51,746 nt of DNA, taken from NCBI GenBank assembly GCA_029975745.1, contig JARKOL010000158.1:1-51746 (forward strand), in the 5' to 3' direction. How positions within the stretch are numbered: position 1 is the stretch's first letter; each line of letters starts with the position of its first letter. The notes beneath the pieces are model-generated. The model did not search any database. It saw nothing but the letters and a program-made list of their open reading frames with translations, and was not told where the DNA came from. A program made the position numbers and the translations under genes. This document shows positions 34,094-42,987 of the stretch, piece by piece. The stretch is from Myxococcota bacterium (lineage in GTDB: Bacteria > Myxococcota_A > UBA9042 > DTJE01).

Positions 34094-34905
34094 TGGCGGA
34101 ATACGTGGAAGCCTTGGAAACCCTGCTGGACTCGGCCTACGAGATGGTCGCGGCCGGCGACCTGGACCAGGCCTGGGTGCTGCTGACCCGGCTGGAATCC
34201 GAGTATCCGGATTCGCCCGAGGTGCTGGCGCTGATGGGCGACATCTGGATGCGGGACGGAGATCTGGACTACGCCCTGGAACTGTACGACCGCGCGGTCG
34301 AGATCGATGACGACTGGTCCGATGGGTACACCGCCCGGGCGAACTGTCTGGCCGAGATGGGCCAGGTCGAGGAGGCGTGGGCGGACATCGAACGCGCGAT
34401 CGATCTGGACCCGGACAACCCCGAGGCCCATTTCGTCCGGGGCATCCTGCTGGACATCGACCGGCGGTTCAAGAAGGCCGAGGAGGAGTACCGGCTGGCC
34501 CACGAACTGGATCCCGACGGCTTCGCGGTGCCGATCCGGATGTCCCGTCGCGAATTCGACGCGGTCGTCACCCAGGCCATCAAGCGTCTGCCGAAGGAGT
34601 TTCGCGACCGCATGCTGGGAGTCCAGGTCTTCGTCAGCGAGATGCCCGATCCCTCGCTGACCATCCAGGGCGTCTGGCAGCCGCTGCTGCTGGGGCTGTT
34701 CGACGGCCCAATGACCACCGAGATGACCCTGATGGACGCGGTGCCGCACCCGCCTCCGAAGATCCACCTGTTCCAGCGCAACATCGAGCGGATGTGTCGA
34801 ACCCGCCAGGAGCTGCTGGAGGAGATCGAGGTGACCCTGCAGCATGAGGTCGGGCATTACTTCGGCCTGGACGAGGACCAGTTGGACCGGGTCAACCTGA
34901 GCTGA
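34093..34905 (+). CDS. TPR-repeat protein fused to a minimal zincin-like metallopeptidase domain
   Basis: The ATG overlaps the HD gene stop by 1 nt. The N-terminal about 130 aa are acidic TPR-like repeats. The C-terminus carries HExxH (LQHEVGHYFGLDEDQL), typical of the small metallopeptidase-family (Zincin_1/DUF1025-like) proteins. Confidence 0.65.
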   Translation: MAEYVEALETLLDSAYEMVAAGDLDQAWVLLTRLESEYPDSPEVLALMGDIWMRDGDLDYALELYDRAVEIDDDWSDGYTARANCLAEMGQVEEAWADIERAIDLDPDNPEAHFVRGILLDIDRRFKKAEEEYRLAHELDPDGFAVPIRMSRREFDAVVTQAIKRLPKEFRDRMLGVQVFVSEMPDPSLTIQGVWQPLLLGLFDGPMTTEMTLMDAVPHPPPKIHLFQRNIERMCRTRQELLEEIEVTLQHEVGHYFGLDEDQLDRVNLS

Positions 34906-34936
34906 ACCCCTGCCCAGCCTTCGCGCCGCCCCCGAT

Positions 34937-36274
34937 TCACCCAGGCTGACGTTCGAACTCGCAGGACGCGCGGATCGCGTCCATCGTCGGGGCGGCCAGG
35001 AACGCACGCGCCGCCTCCCCGGTCACGTGGGACAACCGGTACTCGAGTTCGGCCTCCCGCGGCGAGGTCATCCGGAGCTGCACGCGGTGCCCAAGACGAC
35101 GACGCAGATCGGCAAGACGACGCTTCTGTTCGCGCACCGGCAGGAAGGGCGCATCCTCCAGAGGGGTGAAGCGCTTCGGCACGAACGGGGACACCGACAC
35201 CGCCAGTCGCAAGCGCGACGCCAGCTCGCCGGCCAGTTCGCAGAATTCGACCAGGTCCGCGTCCTGCTCGCCCGGCAACCCGACCATCACGTACAGGCGA
35301 AGCCGGGTCATTCCGGCGTCCCGGGCGGCATCGGCCGCCGCCAGGAGGTCCCGGGCCTGGAGGTCCTTGCGAATGGAAGCCCGCAGCGCCTCGGAGGCGC
35401 CGTCCGCCGCGATGGTCAGCGTCTTCATGCCGGAACGCGCCAGCAGGGCGGTCAGCTCCGGCGAGGCCCGATCGGCCCGCACGGACCCAAGAGTGACCTG
35501 GATGTCCCGGTCCAGCAGGGCACGGACGATGGGGAGCAGTTGGGGGTGGTCGGACACGGCGGCGCCAAGCAGGCCGACGCGTTCCACGCCCTCGGGGACC
35601 GCGGCCAGGATGCGTTCCGCGGGTGCGAACCGCGCCGGCCCGCCCCCGGTCCGCGCGACGCAGAAGCCGCAGGACCGAGGACATCCACGCCCCACCTCGA
35701 TCAGGAAGGCGCCTCCAAAGCGATTCGGCCGCAAGGGCATCGGCGAACACAGGGGCGTCCGCGTGCGGGCCGCCTGGACCGGCGCGGAGGGAGGCACCCC
35801 GTCGGGTCGCAGGGCGGGCACCCAGCATCCGGGAATCGATTCCAGACGAACCCGCGCATCCTGGCGTCCCTCGGCATCGGACAGTGCCCGTCGAATGGCG
35901 TCGAACGCGTCGTCCGCCTCTCCGATGAAGACGGCGTCCGCCACGGCGGCCAGCAGGTCCGGATTCGACCGGGTCAGGGGGCCCCCACCCACCACCAGGG
36001 GATGGCTGTCCGGGCGAAGCCGACGGTCCGGCTGGATTCCCGATGCCGCCAGGGCACGGGCCAGGAGGGGCACTTCCAGTTCCCAGGCGACGCTGACGAA
36101 GACGACGTCAAAGTCGGAGAGGCTGCGACCGCCTTCGACGGAACGAACGGGGCCGGAGGGATCCTGCTCCAGAACCGCGGTCTCGCACGGGGCCAGTCCG
36201 CGCCAGGCGGCGCTGAAGCCCAGGGACGACCAGGCGAGTTCGGCGGGAACCGGTGTGAACAAGACGGCCGTCAA
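34937..36274 (-). CDS. radical SAM protein (B12-binding-domain-like N-terminus)
   Basis: CxxxCxxC cluster motif in EVGRGCPRSCGFCVA. The N-terminal Rossmann-like part reads FDVVFVSVAWELE...VVGGGP. The start lies 11 nt downstream of the preceding gene. Confidence 0.8.
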   Translation of the reverse strand: MTAVLFTPVPAELAWSSLGFSAAWRGLAPCETAVLEQDPSGPVRSVEGGRSLSDFDVVFVSVAWELEVPLLARALAASGIQPDRRLRPDSHPLVVGGGPLTRSNPDLLAAVADAVFIGEADDAFDAIRRALSDAEGRQDARVRLESIPGCWVPALRPDGVPPSAPVQAARTRTPLCSPMPLRPNRFGGAFLIEVGRGCPRSCGFCVARTGGGPARFAPAERILAAVPEGVERVGLLGAAVSDHPQLLPIVRALLDRDIQVTLGSVRADRASPELTALLARSGMKTLTIAADGASEALRASIRKDLQARDLLAAADAARDAGMTRLRLYVMVGLPGEQDADLVEFCELAGELASRLRLAVSVSPFVPKRFTPLEDAPFLPVREQKRRLADLRRRLGHRVQLRMTSPREAELEYRLSHVTGEAARAFLAAPTMDAIRASCEFERQPG

Positions 36275-36285
36275 CGACGCCCCCG

Positions 36286-37191
36286 TCAGGAGGACACCGC
36301 CGAGGATACCAGACTGCGGAACTCGGTTCGGGATTCCTCGACTCGACGATAGATCACGGCCCAGGAAAGGTCGCGTCGCAGCTCGCGCATCTCGCGTCGC
36401 AGAACCAGGCTGCGCTGGATCGGTTCCAGGCCCCGGGGGTCGATATGGAACAGCGGCCCCCTCCCCAGCGAGGTCAGCGCCGTCATCTGGGCATCGATGG
36501 CCAGGCGTCGAATCTCGGCGTAGTCCGCCTCGCTCAGGTCCGTTCGGGCGGTACGATCCCAGATGGCGCCCATCCGGTCGAACAGCCGCTGCTGCTGCCA
36601 GTCCAGTGCCATGCCGGTGACCCGCACGTTGAATCCGCGCCCCAGCACGGTCGGCTCCAGTACGTCGGCCAGGAACTGTTCGTGATCCGGCCGGTTCCAG
36701 CCCAGCGAGTCCCCTTGAAGCGAGCCTCCGTGGGCACGCGTCCTGGAGTCGAACCGCATTTCCCAGTAGGCGTGGCGCGCCATGGGGAACCGGAAGCTTT
36801 CGGTCATCTTGGCGGGAACGAAGTAGTTGTGGGCCACGGTGTCCGCGGCGAGGTGGCAGATCTGTCCCAGGAAGGCGGCGCGTTCGGCATCGGTGCGCGC
36901 CCCTTCCAGCAGCCCCAGAACGCGATCCCAGTTGTGGGTGTGCCGCTCGTAGGGGGCCAGGTTCTTGGCCAGCATCCGGTCCGGGTCCACGGTGCCGCGC
37001 AGGAAGGCCGCGCGGTGACGACGAATCACGCCGCCGACCGCCGTGCCCAGGACCGCGGCCTGGGCCAGTACACCCAGACCCATATCCACGTGCGCGAACG
37101 GTCCGAACGCAAGCGCGGGAACGGGAAGCAGCACGATCAGGAACAGGAGCAGAAGAGCCAAGGTCGCCCCCTTTCGGGTACCGGAACGCAT
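36286..37191 (-). CDS. zinc-dependent phospholipase C-like family protein (secreted)
   Basis: ORF 36286..37764, trimmed to the ATG at 37191 (MRSGTRKGATLALLLLFLIVLLPVPALAFG signal peptide). His-rich motifs FGPFAHVDMG, HTHNWD and CHLAADTVAHNYFVP are present. An alternative TTG start at 37161 (SD AAGGGGG) is possible because a TAGAAT box overlaps the ATG. Confidence 0.6.
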   Translation of the reverse strand: MRSGTRKGATLALLLLFLIVLLPVPALAFGPFAHVDMGLGVLAQAAVLGTAVGGVIRRHRAAFLRGTVDPDRMLAKNLAPYERHTHNWDRVLGLLEGARTDAERAAFLGQICHLAADTVAHNYFVPAKMTESFRFPMARHAYWEMRFDSRTRAHGGSLQGDSLGWNRPDHEQFLADVLEPTVLGRGFNVRVTGMALDWQQQRLFDRMGAIWDRTARTDLSEADYAEIRRLAIDAQMTALTSLGRGPLFHIDPRGLEPIQRSLVLRREMRELRRDLSWAVIYRRVEESRTEFRSLVSSAVSS

Positions 37192-37269
37192 TCTAGGGAT
37201 TCGCCCTCGACAATCAAGGCAAATGTTCGAACCCCCGGCGATCAAGCGGAAACCCTGCGAATCCCCCCG

Positions 37270-37297
37270 GTGACGGACCTCGATTTCGGGATATCCT
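37270..37297 (+). promoter_or_regulatory. possible promoter GTGACG-16-TATCCT for the 1289-aa lipoprotein gene
   Basis: -35-like element at 37270..37275 and -10 at 37292..37297. The GGAGGA SD at 37325..37330 lies 4 nt before the ATG at 37335. Confidence 0.3.
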
Positions 37298-37334
37298 AGG
37301 ACGTTCGGATCGGCGCGCTTCACCGGAGGACGAC

Positions 37335-40300
37335 ATGCATCGGCACTGGATACTGGCGGCCTTGTTCGCCTTCGTCGCGGGAACCGTGGCGTGTGGGGGC
37401 TCGTCCTCCAGCGAGCCCGCGGATGTTCCGTTGGATCGCCCCGGAGACCCCGGGACTCCGGATTCGGGGCTGCACGACCCCGGATTTCCCGATCCGGACG
37501 CGGGGGACCTGCCCCTGACCGACCACGCCCCGTCGGACCTGCCCGAATCCGATATCGATCCGGAGGATGCGATCGATCCGGACGCCGGCGAAACCGACGC
37601 GTCCTATTCGGATATCCAGGAGGATGCCCAGGACCCTGACGGCCAGGACCCTGACGTCCCGGGGAGCGATGCCCCCTCCACGGACGGACAGGAACCGGAC
37701 GGCCAGGACGACGACGCCACCGAAGCGGACGCGACCGACCCGGACGCCACGGGCGCCGATTCATGGGAGGCCGGAACGTTCGACCCCGAGAACTGCGAAC
37801 TGACTGCCGGCAGCCTCTGGATCCGCCTGGAGGGGGACCTTCTGGTGCCGGATGGGATCGTGCGTGGCGGCGCGCTACTGATCGACCAGACGGGGCTGAT
37901 CGCCTGCGTCGGCCTGGACTGCGCGGCGCATCCCGAGTTCGCCGGAGCCACGGTGGTTGCGTGCGAACGCGCGCTGATCACGCCCGCCATGATCAACGGG
38001 CACGATCACATCACCTTCACCGGCAACACGCCCAAGTCGCACGGAAACGAGCGCTATGACCACCGGCACGAGTGGCGCAAGGGCCTGAACCAGCACACCA
38101 AGATCTCCGTTCCCTTCACGTTCGGGGCCGAGGCCTGGGGCGAATTGCGAAACGTGCTGGCCGGGACGACCTCGATGTTCGGTTCGGGCAAGGCAACGGG
38201 GCTGTTGCGCAACCTGGACCAGGAGTTGCTGGGGCTGGACATTCCCAAGGCCTACTACGACACGTTCCCGCTGGGGGACGGCGACGGCATCATGCTGACC
38301 GATTCGTGCGCCTACCCGTCCATCCCGACCACCGCGACGACCGCCGGGCGCCACTGCTACGTGCCCCATGTCGCCGAGGGCGTGAACGCCGCCGCGCGAA
38401 ACGAGTTCCTGTGTCTTGCGGGTCTGGCCCCCGGGGGCCAGGACAACGTGCTCGAGAACGCGGCGTTCATTCACGGGGTGGGCCTGCTGGCCTCGGACAT
38501 CGCCGAGATGGCGCACGACGGCACGGCGCTGATCTGGTCGCCGCGCACGAATGTGGACCTGTACGGCAACACCGCGTCCATCGTCCTGTACGACCGGCTG
38601 GGCGTGACCATCGGCCTCGGCACCGACTGGACGGCCTCGGGCTCGGTCAACATGATGCGTGAGTTGGCATGCGCCGACGAACTGAATCGGACCTTCTTCG
38701 GCCGCCACTTCACGGACCGTGACCTGTTCGACATGGCGACGATCGGCAACGCCCGCGCCTTCAAGGTGGATCCGATTCTGGGTTCGCTGGAGGTCGGCAA
38801 GGTGGCGGACGTTTCGGTGTTCCACACGATGGTTCACCGGGATCTGCGCGCGGTCATCGACGGGGGCCCCGCCGACGTGGCTCTGGTGCTTCGCGGGGGC
38901 ACTCCCCTGTACGGGGACGCGCACCTGGTTCCCGGCCTTCCCGGCGGATCGACGGGGTGCGAAGTGTTTGACGTCTGCGAGGTCGCCAAGTCGGTGTGCG
39001 CGATGCGCGAGACCGGAAAGACGCTGGCTCAACTGAAGCCGACAACCGCATATGACCTGTTCTTCTGCGGGCTTCCAGACAACGAACCCAGTTGCATTCC
39101 GTTCCGTCCCGGCGAGTACGACGGCGTACCGACCGAGGGGGACGCCGACGGCGACGGGATTCCGGATGGGCAGGACAACTGCCCTGCCCTGTTCAACCCG
39201 ATTCGGCCGGTGGACGGGGGCGTTCAGGCGGACGCGGACGGCGACGGCCTGGGCGACTTGTGCGATCCGTGCCCCCTGGACCCGTTCACGACGGAATGCA
39301 CGCATTTCGACCCGGACGATCGGGACGCCGACGGCGTTCCCAAAGTGCTGGACAACTGCCCGGCCGTTCACAACCCGGACCAGGAGGACTGGGACGAGGA
39401 CGGAAAGGGCGACGCGTGCGACCCGTGTCCCTACAAGGCCAACCCTGGCAACGCCCCCTGCCCCGAATCCATCTATGACGTCAAGCGGGGCGTCGTGCCC
39501 CTGGGCAGCACCATTCGGGTGATCGACGGCCTGGTAACGGCGCCGGGCTACCGGAATGGCGTCTTCCAGGGGTTCTTCATCCAGGTGGACTCGGACGACC
39601 CCGCCTACGACGGGGCCGAGTACTCGGGCCTCTACTGCTATGGGCCCTCGTTGAATCCGCGCCCCGTGGTCGGATCGTTCGTGACCGTCGATGGAACGGT
39701 CAACGACTATCACGGGCAGATCCAGCTGTCGGTGCGCTCGTTCCAGACCACGGCGTCCTGGGGCGTCCTGCCGGACCCGGTGCCGGTCGATTCGGCCGAT
39801 GTCGCCACCGGCGGCGCACTGGCGGCCGCCTACGAGGGCGTGGTCGTTCGGGTGGCCGACGTGACCACCCTGGACGTGGCTCCGGCCGCGGGAGGGGGCG
39901 ACACGGCGCCGATCAACGAGTTCGTGGTGACGGGAGGCCTGCGGGTCAACGACTTCGTCCACCTGGCGGACCCGTTCCCCCTGGTCGGCGACGAGTTCGC
40001 GGCCATCACGGGGGTGGTCCGCCTGGCGAACGATCATTCGAAGCTGGAGCCCCGGGGCGAGTTCGACATCGTTCGACGCAATATCGTTCCGAAGCTGGCG
40101 GGATTCGGACCGGCGCGCGTCTTCATGGCGGAGGGTCAGACCGCGGTGCCGCTGCCCGATCTGGTCGTTCGACTGCAGCGCCCCGTGGACTCCGAAACCT
40201 TCATCGCCATTGCGTCGGGAGACCCGCTGTCGGCGAACGTGCCCGACGGCGGCGTGCGGGTGCCGGCGGGGGCTGTCGCGGTCCAGGTGCCCGTCGAGGC

Positions 40301-41204
40301 CCTGGCGCCCGTCGAGGCGGCGACGTTGACCGCCTCGCTGGACGGCACCGTCCTGGAGGTGACCCTGCGGGTCATCGCGGACGGCGAGGTGCCGGTGCCC
40401 CAACAGGTATTGCCCAATCCCATGAACCTGACCGTCGGCGACGTTGCCGTCGCCACCGTCTTCCTGGACATTCCGGCGCTGGATGATGCCGTGGTCCTGT
40501 CCGTCACCCCGATTCCCGAGGGCGTCGTGCAGGTGCCCCAGACCGTCACCATCCCCCTGATGGAGCGGTCGGTCGAGTTCGATGTCCGGGCGCAGGGCCC
40601 GGGCACGGTCGTCGTCACCCTATCGACGGCGGAGGGGGATGCCGCGACGACCATCCACGTGGCCGAGGCCCCGCCGTTCCCGCGCGTCTTCTTCAGCGAG
40701 TACATCGAGGGCAGCAGCTTCAACAAGGCGCTCGAGATCTTCAACAACACGGGCTCGGACCTGCTGCTTTCGCGATGCACGGTCCGGCTGTATTCGAACG
40801 GCGCGGCATCTCCCAGCCAGAGCGTTCTGCTGTCCGATTCCAGCGAGACCATCGCCCACGGAGCGACCTTCGTTGCCTGCCACCCGAACGCCAGCGAACT
40901 GATTCTGGGCGTCTGCGGGCTGAAGAGCAGCACGGTCATCAACTACAACGGTGACGATGCCCTGGACCTGGTGTGCGACGGCCAGGTGGTGGACGTCATC
41001 GGACAGGTCGGCGTGGATCCTGGGTCCGCCTGGGTCGGGTCGCAGGGCAAGGCATCGACCCTGGACCGGACGTTGCGTCGCAAGTGCGGCGTCACGCAGG
41101 GGGACCCGATCGGAAGCGACGCGTTCGATCCGGACGTCGAGTGGGACAACTTCGCCCGGGACACGTTCTCGGGCCTGGGAACGCACGAAGTCGCGTGTCC
41201 ATGA
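37335..41204 (+). CDS. mosaic secreted lipoprotein: acidic linker, amidohydrolase domain, TSP type-3 Ca-binding repeats, beta-barrel/Ig-like region, C-terminal lamin-tail domain (LTD)
   Basis: 1289 aa. Signal peptide and Cys: LAALFAFVAGTVACGG. Amidohydrolase HxH: ITPAMINGHDHITF. TSP3: DADGDGIPDGQDNCP, DADGDGLGDLCDPCP, DRDADGVPKVLDNCPAVHNPDQEDWDEDGKGDACDPCP. LTD-like: VFFSEYIEGSSFNKALEIFNNTGSDLLLSRCTVRLYSNG...YNGDDALDL. Confidence 0.75.
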   Translation: MHRHWILAALFAFVAGTVACGGSSSSEPADVPLDRPGDPGTPDSGLHDPGFPDPDAGDLPLTDHAPSDLPESDIDPEDAIDPDAGETDASYSDIQEDAQDPDGQDPDVPGSDAPSTDGQEPDGQDDDATEADATDPDATGADSWEAGTFDPENCELTAGSLWIRLEGDLLVPDGIVRGGALLIDQTGLIACVGLDCAAHPEFAGATVVACERALITPAMINGHDHITFTGNTPKSHGNERYDHRHEWRKGLNQHTKISVPFTFGAEAWGELRNVLAGTTSMFGSGKATGLLRNLDQELLGLDIPKAYYDTFPLGDGDGIMLTDSCAYPSIPTTATTAGRHCYVPHVAEGVNAAARNEFLCLAGLAPGGQDNVLENAAFIHGVGLLASDIAEMAHDGTALIWSPRTNVDLYGNTASIVLYDRLGVTIGLGTDWTASGSVNMMRELACADELNRTFFGRHFTDRDLFDMATIGNARAFKVDPILGSLEVGKVADVSVFHTMVHRDLRAVIDGGPADVALVLRGGTPLYGDAHLVPGLPGGSTGCEVFDVCEVAKSVCAMRETGKTLAQLKPTTAYDLFFCGLPDNEPSCIPFRPGEYDGVPTEGDADGDGIPDGQDNCPALFNPIRPVDGGVQADADGDGLGDLCDPCPLDPFTTECTHFDPDDRDADGVPKVLDNCPAVHNPDQEDWDEDGKGDACDPCPYKANPGNAPCPESIYDVKRGVVPLGSTIRVIDGLVTAPGYRNGVFQGFFIQVDSDDPAYDGAEYSGLYCYGPSLNPRPVVGSFVTVDGTVNDYHGQIQLSVRSFQTTASWGVLPDPVPVDSADVATGGALAAAYEGVVVRVADVTTLDVAPAAGGGDTAPINEFVVTGGLRVNDFVHLADPFPLVGDEFAAITGVVRLANDHSKLEPRGEFDIVRRNIVPKLAGFGPARVFMAEGQTAVPLPDLVVRLQRPVDSETFIAIASGDPLSANVPDGGVRVPAGAVAVQVPVEALAPVEAATLTASLDGTVLEVTLRVIADGEVPVPQQVLPNPMNLTVGDVAVATVFLDIPALDDAVVLSVTPIPEGVVQVPQTVTIPLMERSVEFDVRAQGPGTVVVTLSTAEGDAATTIHVAEAPPFPRVFFSEYIEGSSFNKALEIFNNTGSDLLLSRCTVRLYSNGAASPSQSVLLSDSSETIAHGATFVACHPNASELILGVCGLKSSTVINYNGDDALDLVCDGQVVDVIGQVGVDPGSAWVGSQGKASTLDRTLRRKCGVTQGDPIGSDAFDPDVEWDNFARDTFSGLGTHEVACP
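39111..39437 (+). repeat. thrombospondin type-3-like calcium-binding repeats (protein level) within the mosaic lipoprotein
   Basis: Four DxDxDGxxDxxDxCP-type units, read in frame from codon 593 to codon 701. Confidence 0.6.
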
Positions 41205-41251
41205 GGCCGATCGACTGGGCGTCGGCGCGATGTGCTTGGATATGGCGCCGG

Positions 41252-42895
41252 TCAGGTGCCGCGCCGCGGCCGTGACAGCCGTCGTCGGATCAGGCGCGTG
41301 AACTCGTCCAGTTCCTCGGACTTCAGCAGGCGCGCCACCCCAAGGTAGAGTCCACCGCCGACGACCACGGCCAGCACCATTCGCAGGACAAGCACCGAAC
41401 GGGAAACGTCGTCGAACATCCCCGAGGCCACGGGGACCCAGATCACGATTCCCATCGCGAGCGCGGCGGCCGTGGTGCGCGCCAGGGACACCGACAGGTG
41501 GCGCGTATCCAGTCGCCCAATGCGCCGACGCAACAGCACGTAAAGAATCGCGACATTGAAGGCGGCCGCGACGCTGCCCGCCAGCGCGATCCCTCCCAGC
41601 CGCAAGGGAATCGCCAGCAGGTAGCACAGGCCGATGTGCCCCACCATCACGAACGCGGCCACAATCGTTGGCGTTCGCAGATCCTTCATCGAGTAGAAGA
41701 CCTGCACCACGTTGCGCTGCATCGCGATGAAGAAGATGCCCGCCGCGTGGAAGTACAGGGCGAATGACGTCATCCGGGTCGATTCGGGATCAAAGCGCCC
41801 GAACTGGAACAGCAGGCGAACCAGCGGCTCGCCCAGCAGCAGCAAGCCCACCGTGGCCGGGATCGTGATGAACGCCAGCAAGGCAATCGAGAAGCGCAGG
41901 GTGTCCTTCAACGCCTGCCAGTCGTTGCGATGCGCCTGCTGGGACATCGTCGGCAGGATCACCGTCGCGACCGACACGGCAAACACGCCAAGCACCAGTT
42001 CCTGCAGGCGCAGCGAGTATTGCAGCGCGGAAACGGAGCCAGGCTCCAGTCCGGCGGCGATGACCTGGGAAATCGTCACGTTGATGGTGTAGATGCCCGC
42101 CGAGAAGATCCCGGGGACGAAGATGCGCGCCACCTCGCGAACCGCCGGGTCCCGCCATCCCGACAGCATGGGGCGGAACCGGATTCCCTTGCCTCGCAGG
42201 AAGGGAATCTGGAATGCCATCTGGACCGCCCCGCCGACCAGGAACCCGACGGCAAGCGCCCAGGCGGGGTTCGGGAAGTAGCTGGCGAACGCCACGACCA
42301 TGCCGATGTTGATCAGGTTCAGGAGCACGGGCGTGAAGGCGGATGGCCCGAAGATCCGGAAACTGTTCAGGGTCGCCTGGAGGATCGCGGCCACCGACAC
42401 CAGGAACAGGTACGGGAACATCACGCGGGTCAGATCGACGGTCAGCGCGACCTTGCCGGGGACCTGGTCGAACTTGCCGGAAAACACGTACACAACCAGG
42501 GGTTCCGCCAGCAGCACCCCCAGCAGCGTCACCCCGACCATCAACAGCACGAACAGCGTCACGAAGCCGGAAAAAAAGCGGGACAGGCGCTCGCGATCCC
42601 CGTCATCCTGGATCCCCGCGAACACCGGTACGAACGCCGCGGTCATCGCGCCCTCGGCGAACAGCCGACGAAGCATGTTCGGGATCGTGGAGGCAATGGA
42701 GAAGGCATCGGATTCGGCACTGGTCCCCAGGTAGTATCCGCGGACCATCTCGCGCGCAAGGCCGGTAACGCGGGACAGCACGGTCATCAGGGAAACGACC
42801 AGGGTGGACTGCAACAGCCGGCCCCTGGCGCGCGAGGCCGCCCCCTCGGGACTCGGTTCCGACCGGGATGTGTCGCGATTACCGTCTGCCGCCAA
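41252..42895 (-). CDS. murJ: lipid II flippase MurJ (MviN)
   Basis: LMTVLSRVTGLAREMVRGYYLGTSAESDAFSIASTIPNMLRRLFAEGAMTAAFVPVF is the MurJ N-terminal signature, and the protein is multi-TM throughout. The TTG start at 42895 is uncertain. Confidence 0.88.
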   Translation of the reverse strand: MAADGNRDTSRSEPSPEGAASRARGRLLQSTLVVSLMTVLSRVTGLAREMVRGYYLGTSAESDAFSIASTIPNMLRRLFAEGAMTAAFVPVFAGIQDDGDRERLSRFFSGFVTLFVLLMVGVTLLGVLLAEPLVVYVFSGKFDQVPGKVALTVDLTRVMFPYLFLVSVAAILQATLNSFRIFGPSAFTPVLLNLINIGMVVAFASYFPNPAWALAVGFLVGGAVQMAFQIPFLRGKGIRFRPMLSGWRDPAVREVARIFVPGIFSAGIYTINVTISQVIAAGLEPGSVSALQYSLRLQELVLGVFAVSVATVILPTMSQQAHRNDWQALKDTLRFSIALLAFITIPATVGLLLLGEPLVRLLFQFGRFDPESTRMTSFALYFHAAGIFFIAMQRNVVQVFYSMKDLRTPTIVAAFVMVGHIGLCYLLAIPLRLGGIALAGSVAAAFNVAILYVLLRRRIGRLDTRHLSVSLARTTAAALAMGIVIWVPVASGMFDDVSRSVLVLRMVLAVVVGGGLYLGVARLLKSEELDEFTRLIRRRLSRPRRGT

Positions 42896-42987
42896 CGGGG
42901 GCCCCTGGATGCTCCGGGATGATTATGCGCCGGACGGTCCGCCAGGGGAAAGTCGGCGCCCTGTGCGGAAGCCCGAGAGCCCCCGGT

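Noticed and set aside
37193-37300. Distant imperfect inverted repeat CTAGGGAT ... ATCCTAG flanking the 143-bp divergent region between the PLC-like gene and the mosaic lipoprotein gene
   Set aside because: The arms are 7-8 nt with an indel and lie about 95 nt apart. They are better explained as two independent AT-richer promoter boxes (TAGAAT and TATCCT).
36286-37764. Long N-terminal extension of the PLC-like ORF (492 aa in the track), and similar 5' extensions of other ORFs (1902..2876, 20728..22503, 43831..45474, 29759..30475, 46958..48403, 46618..47013)
   Set aside because: The extensions are R/P/G-rich, run antisense into neighbouring genes or through promoter-like boxes, and precede an internal start that opens a proper signal peptide or conserved N-terminus.
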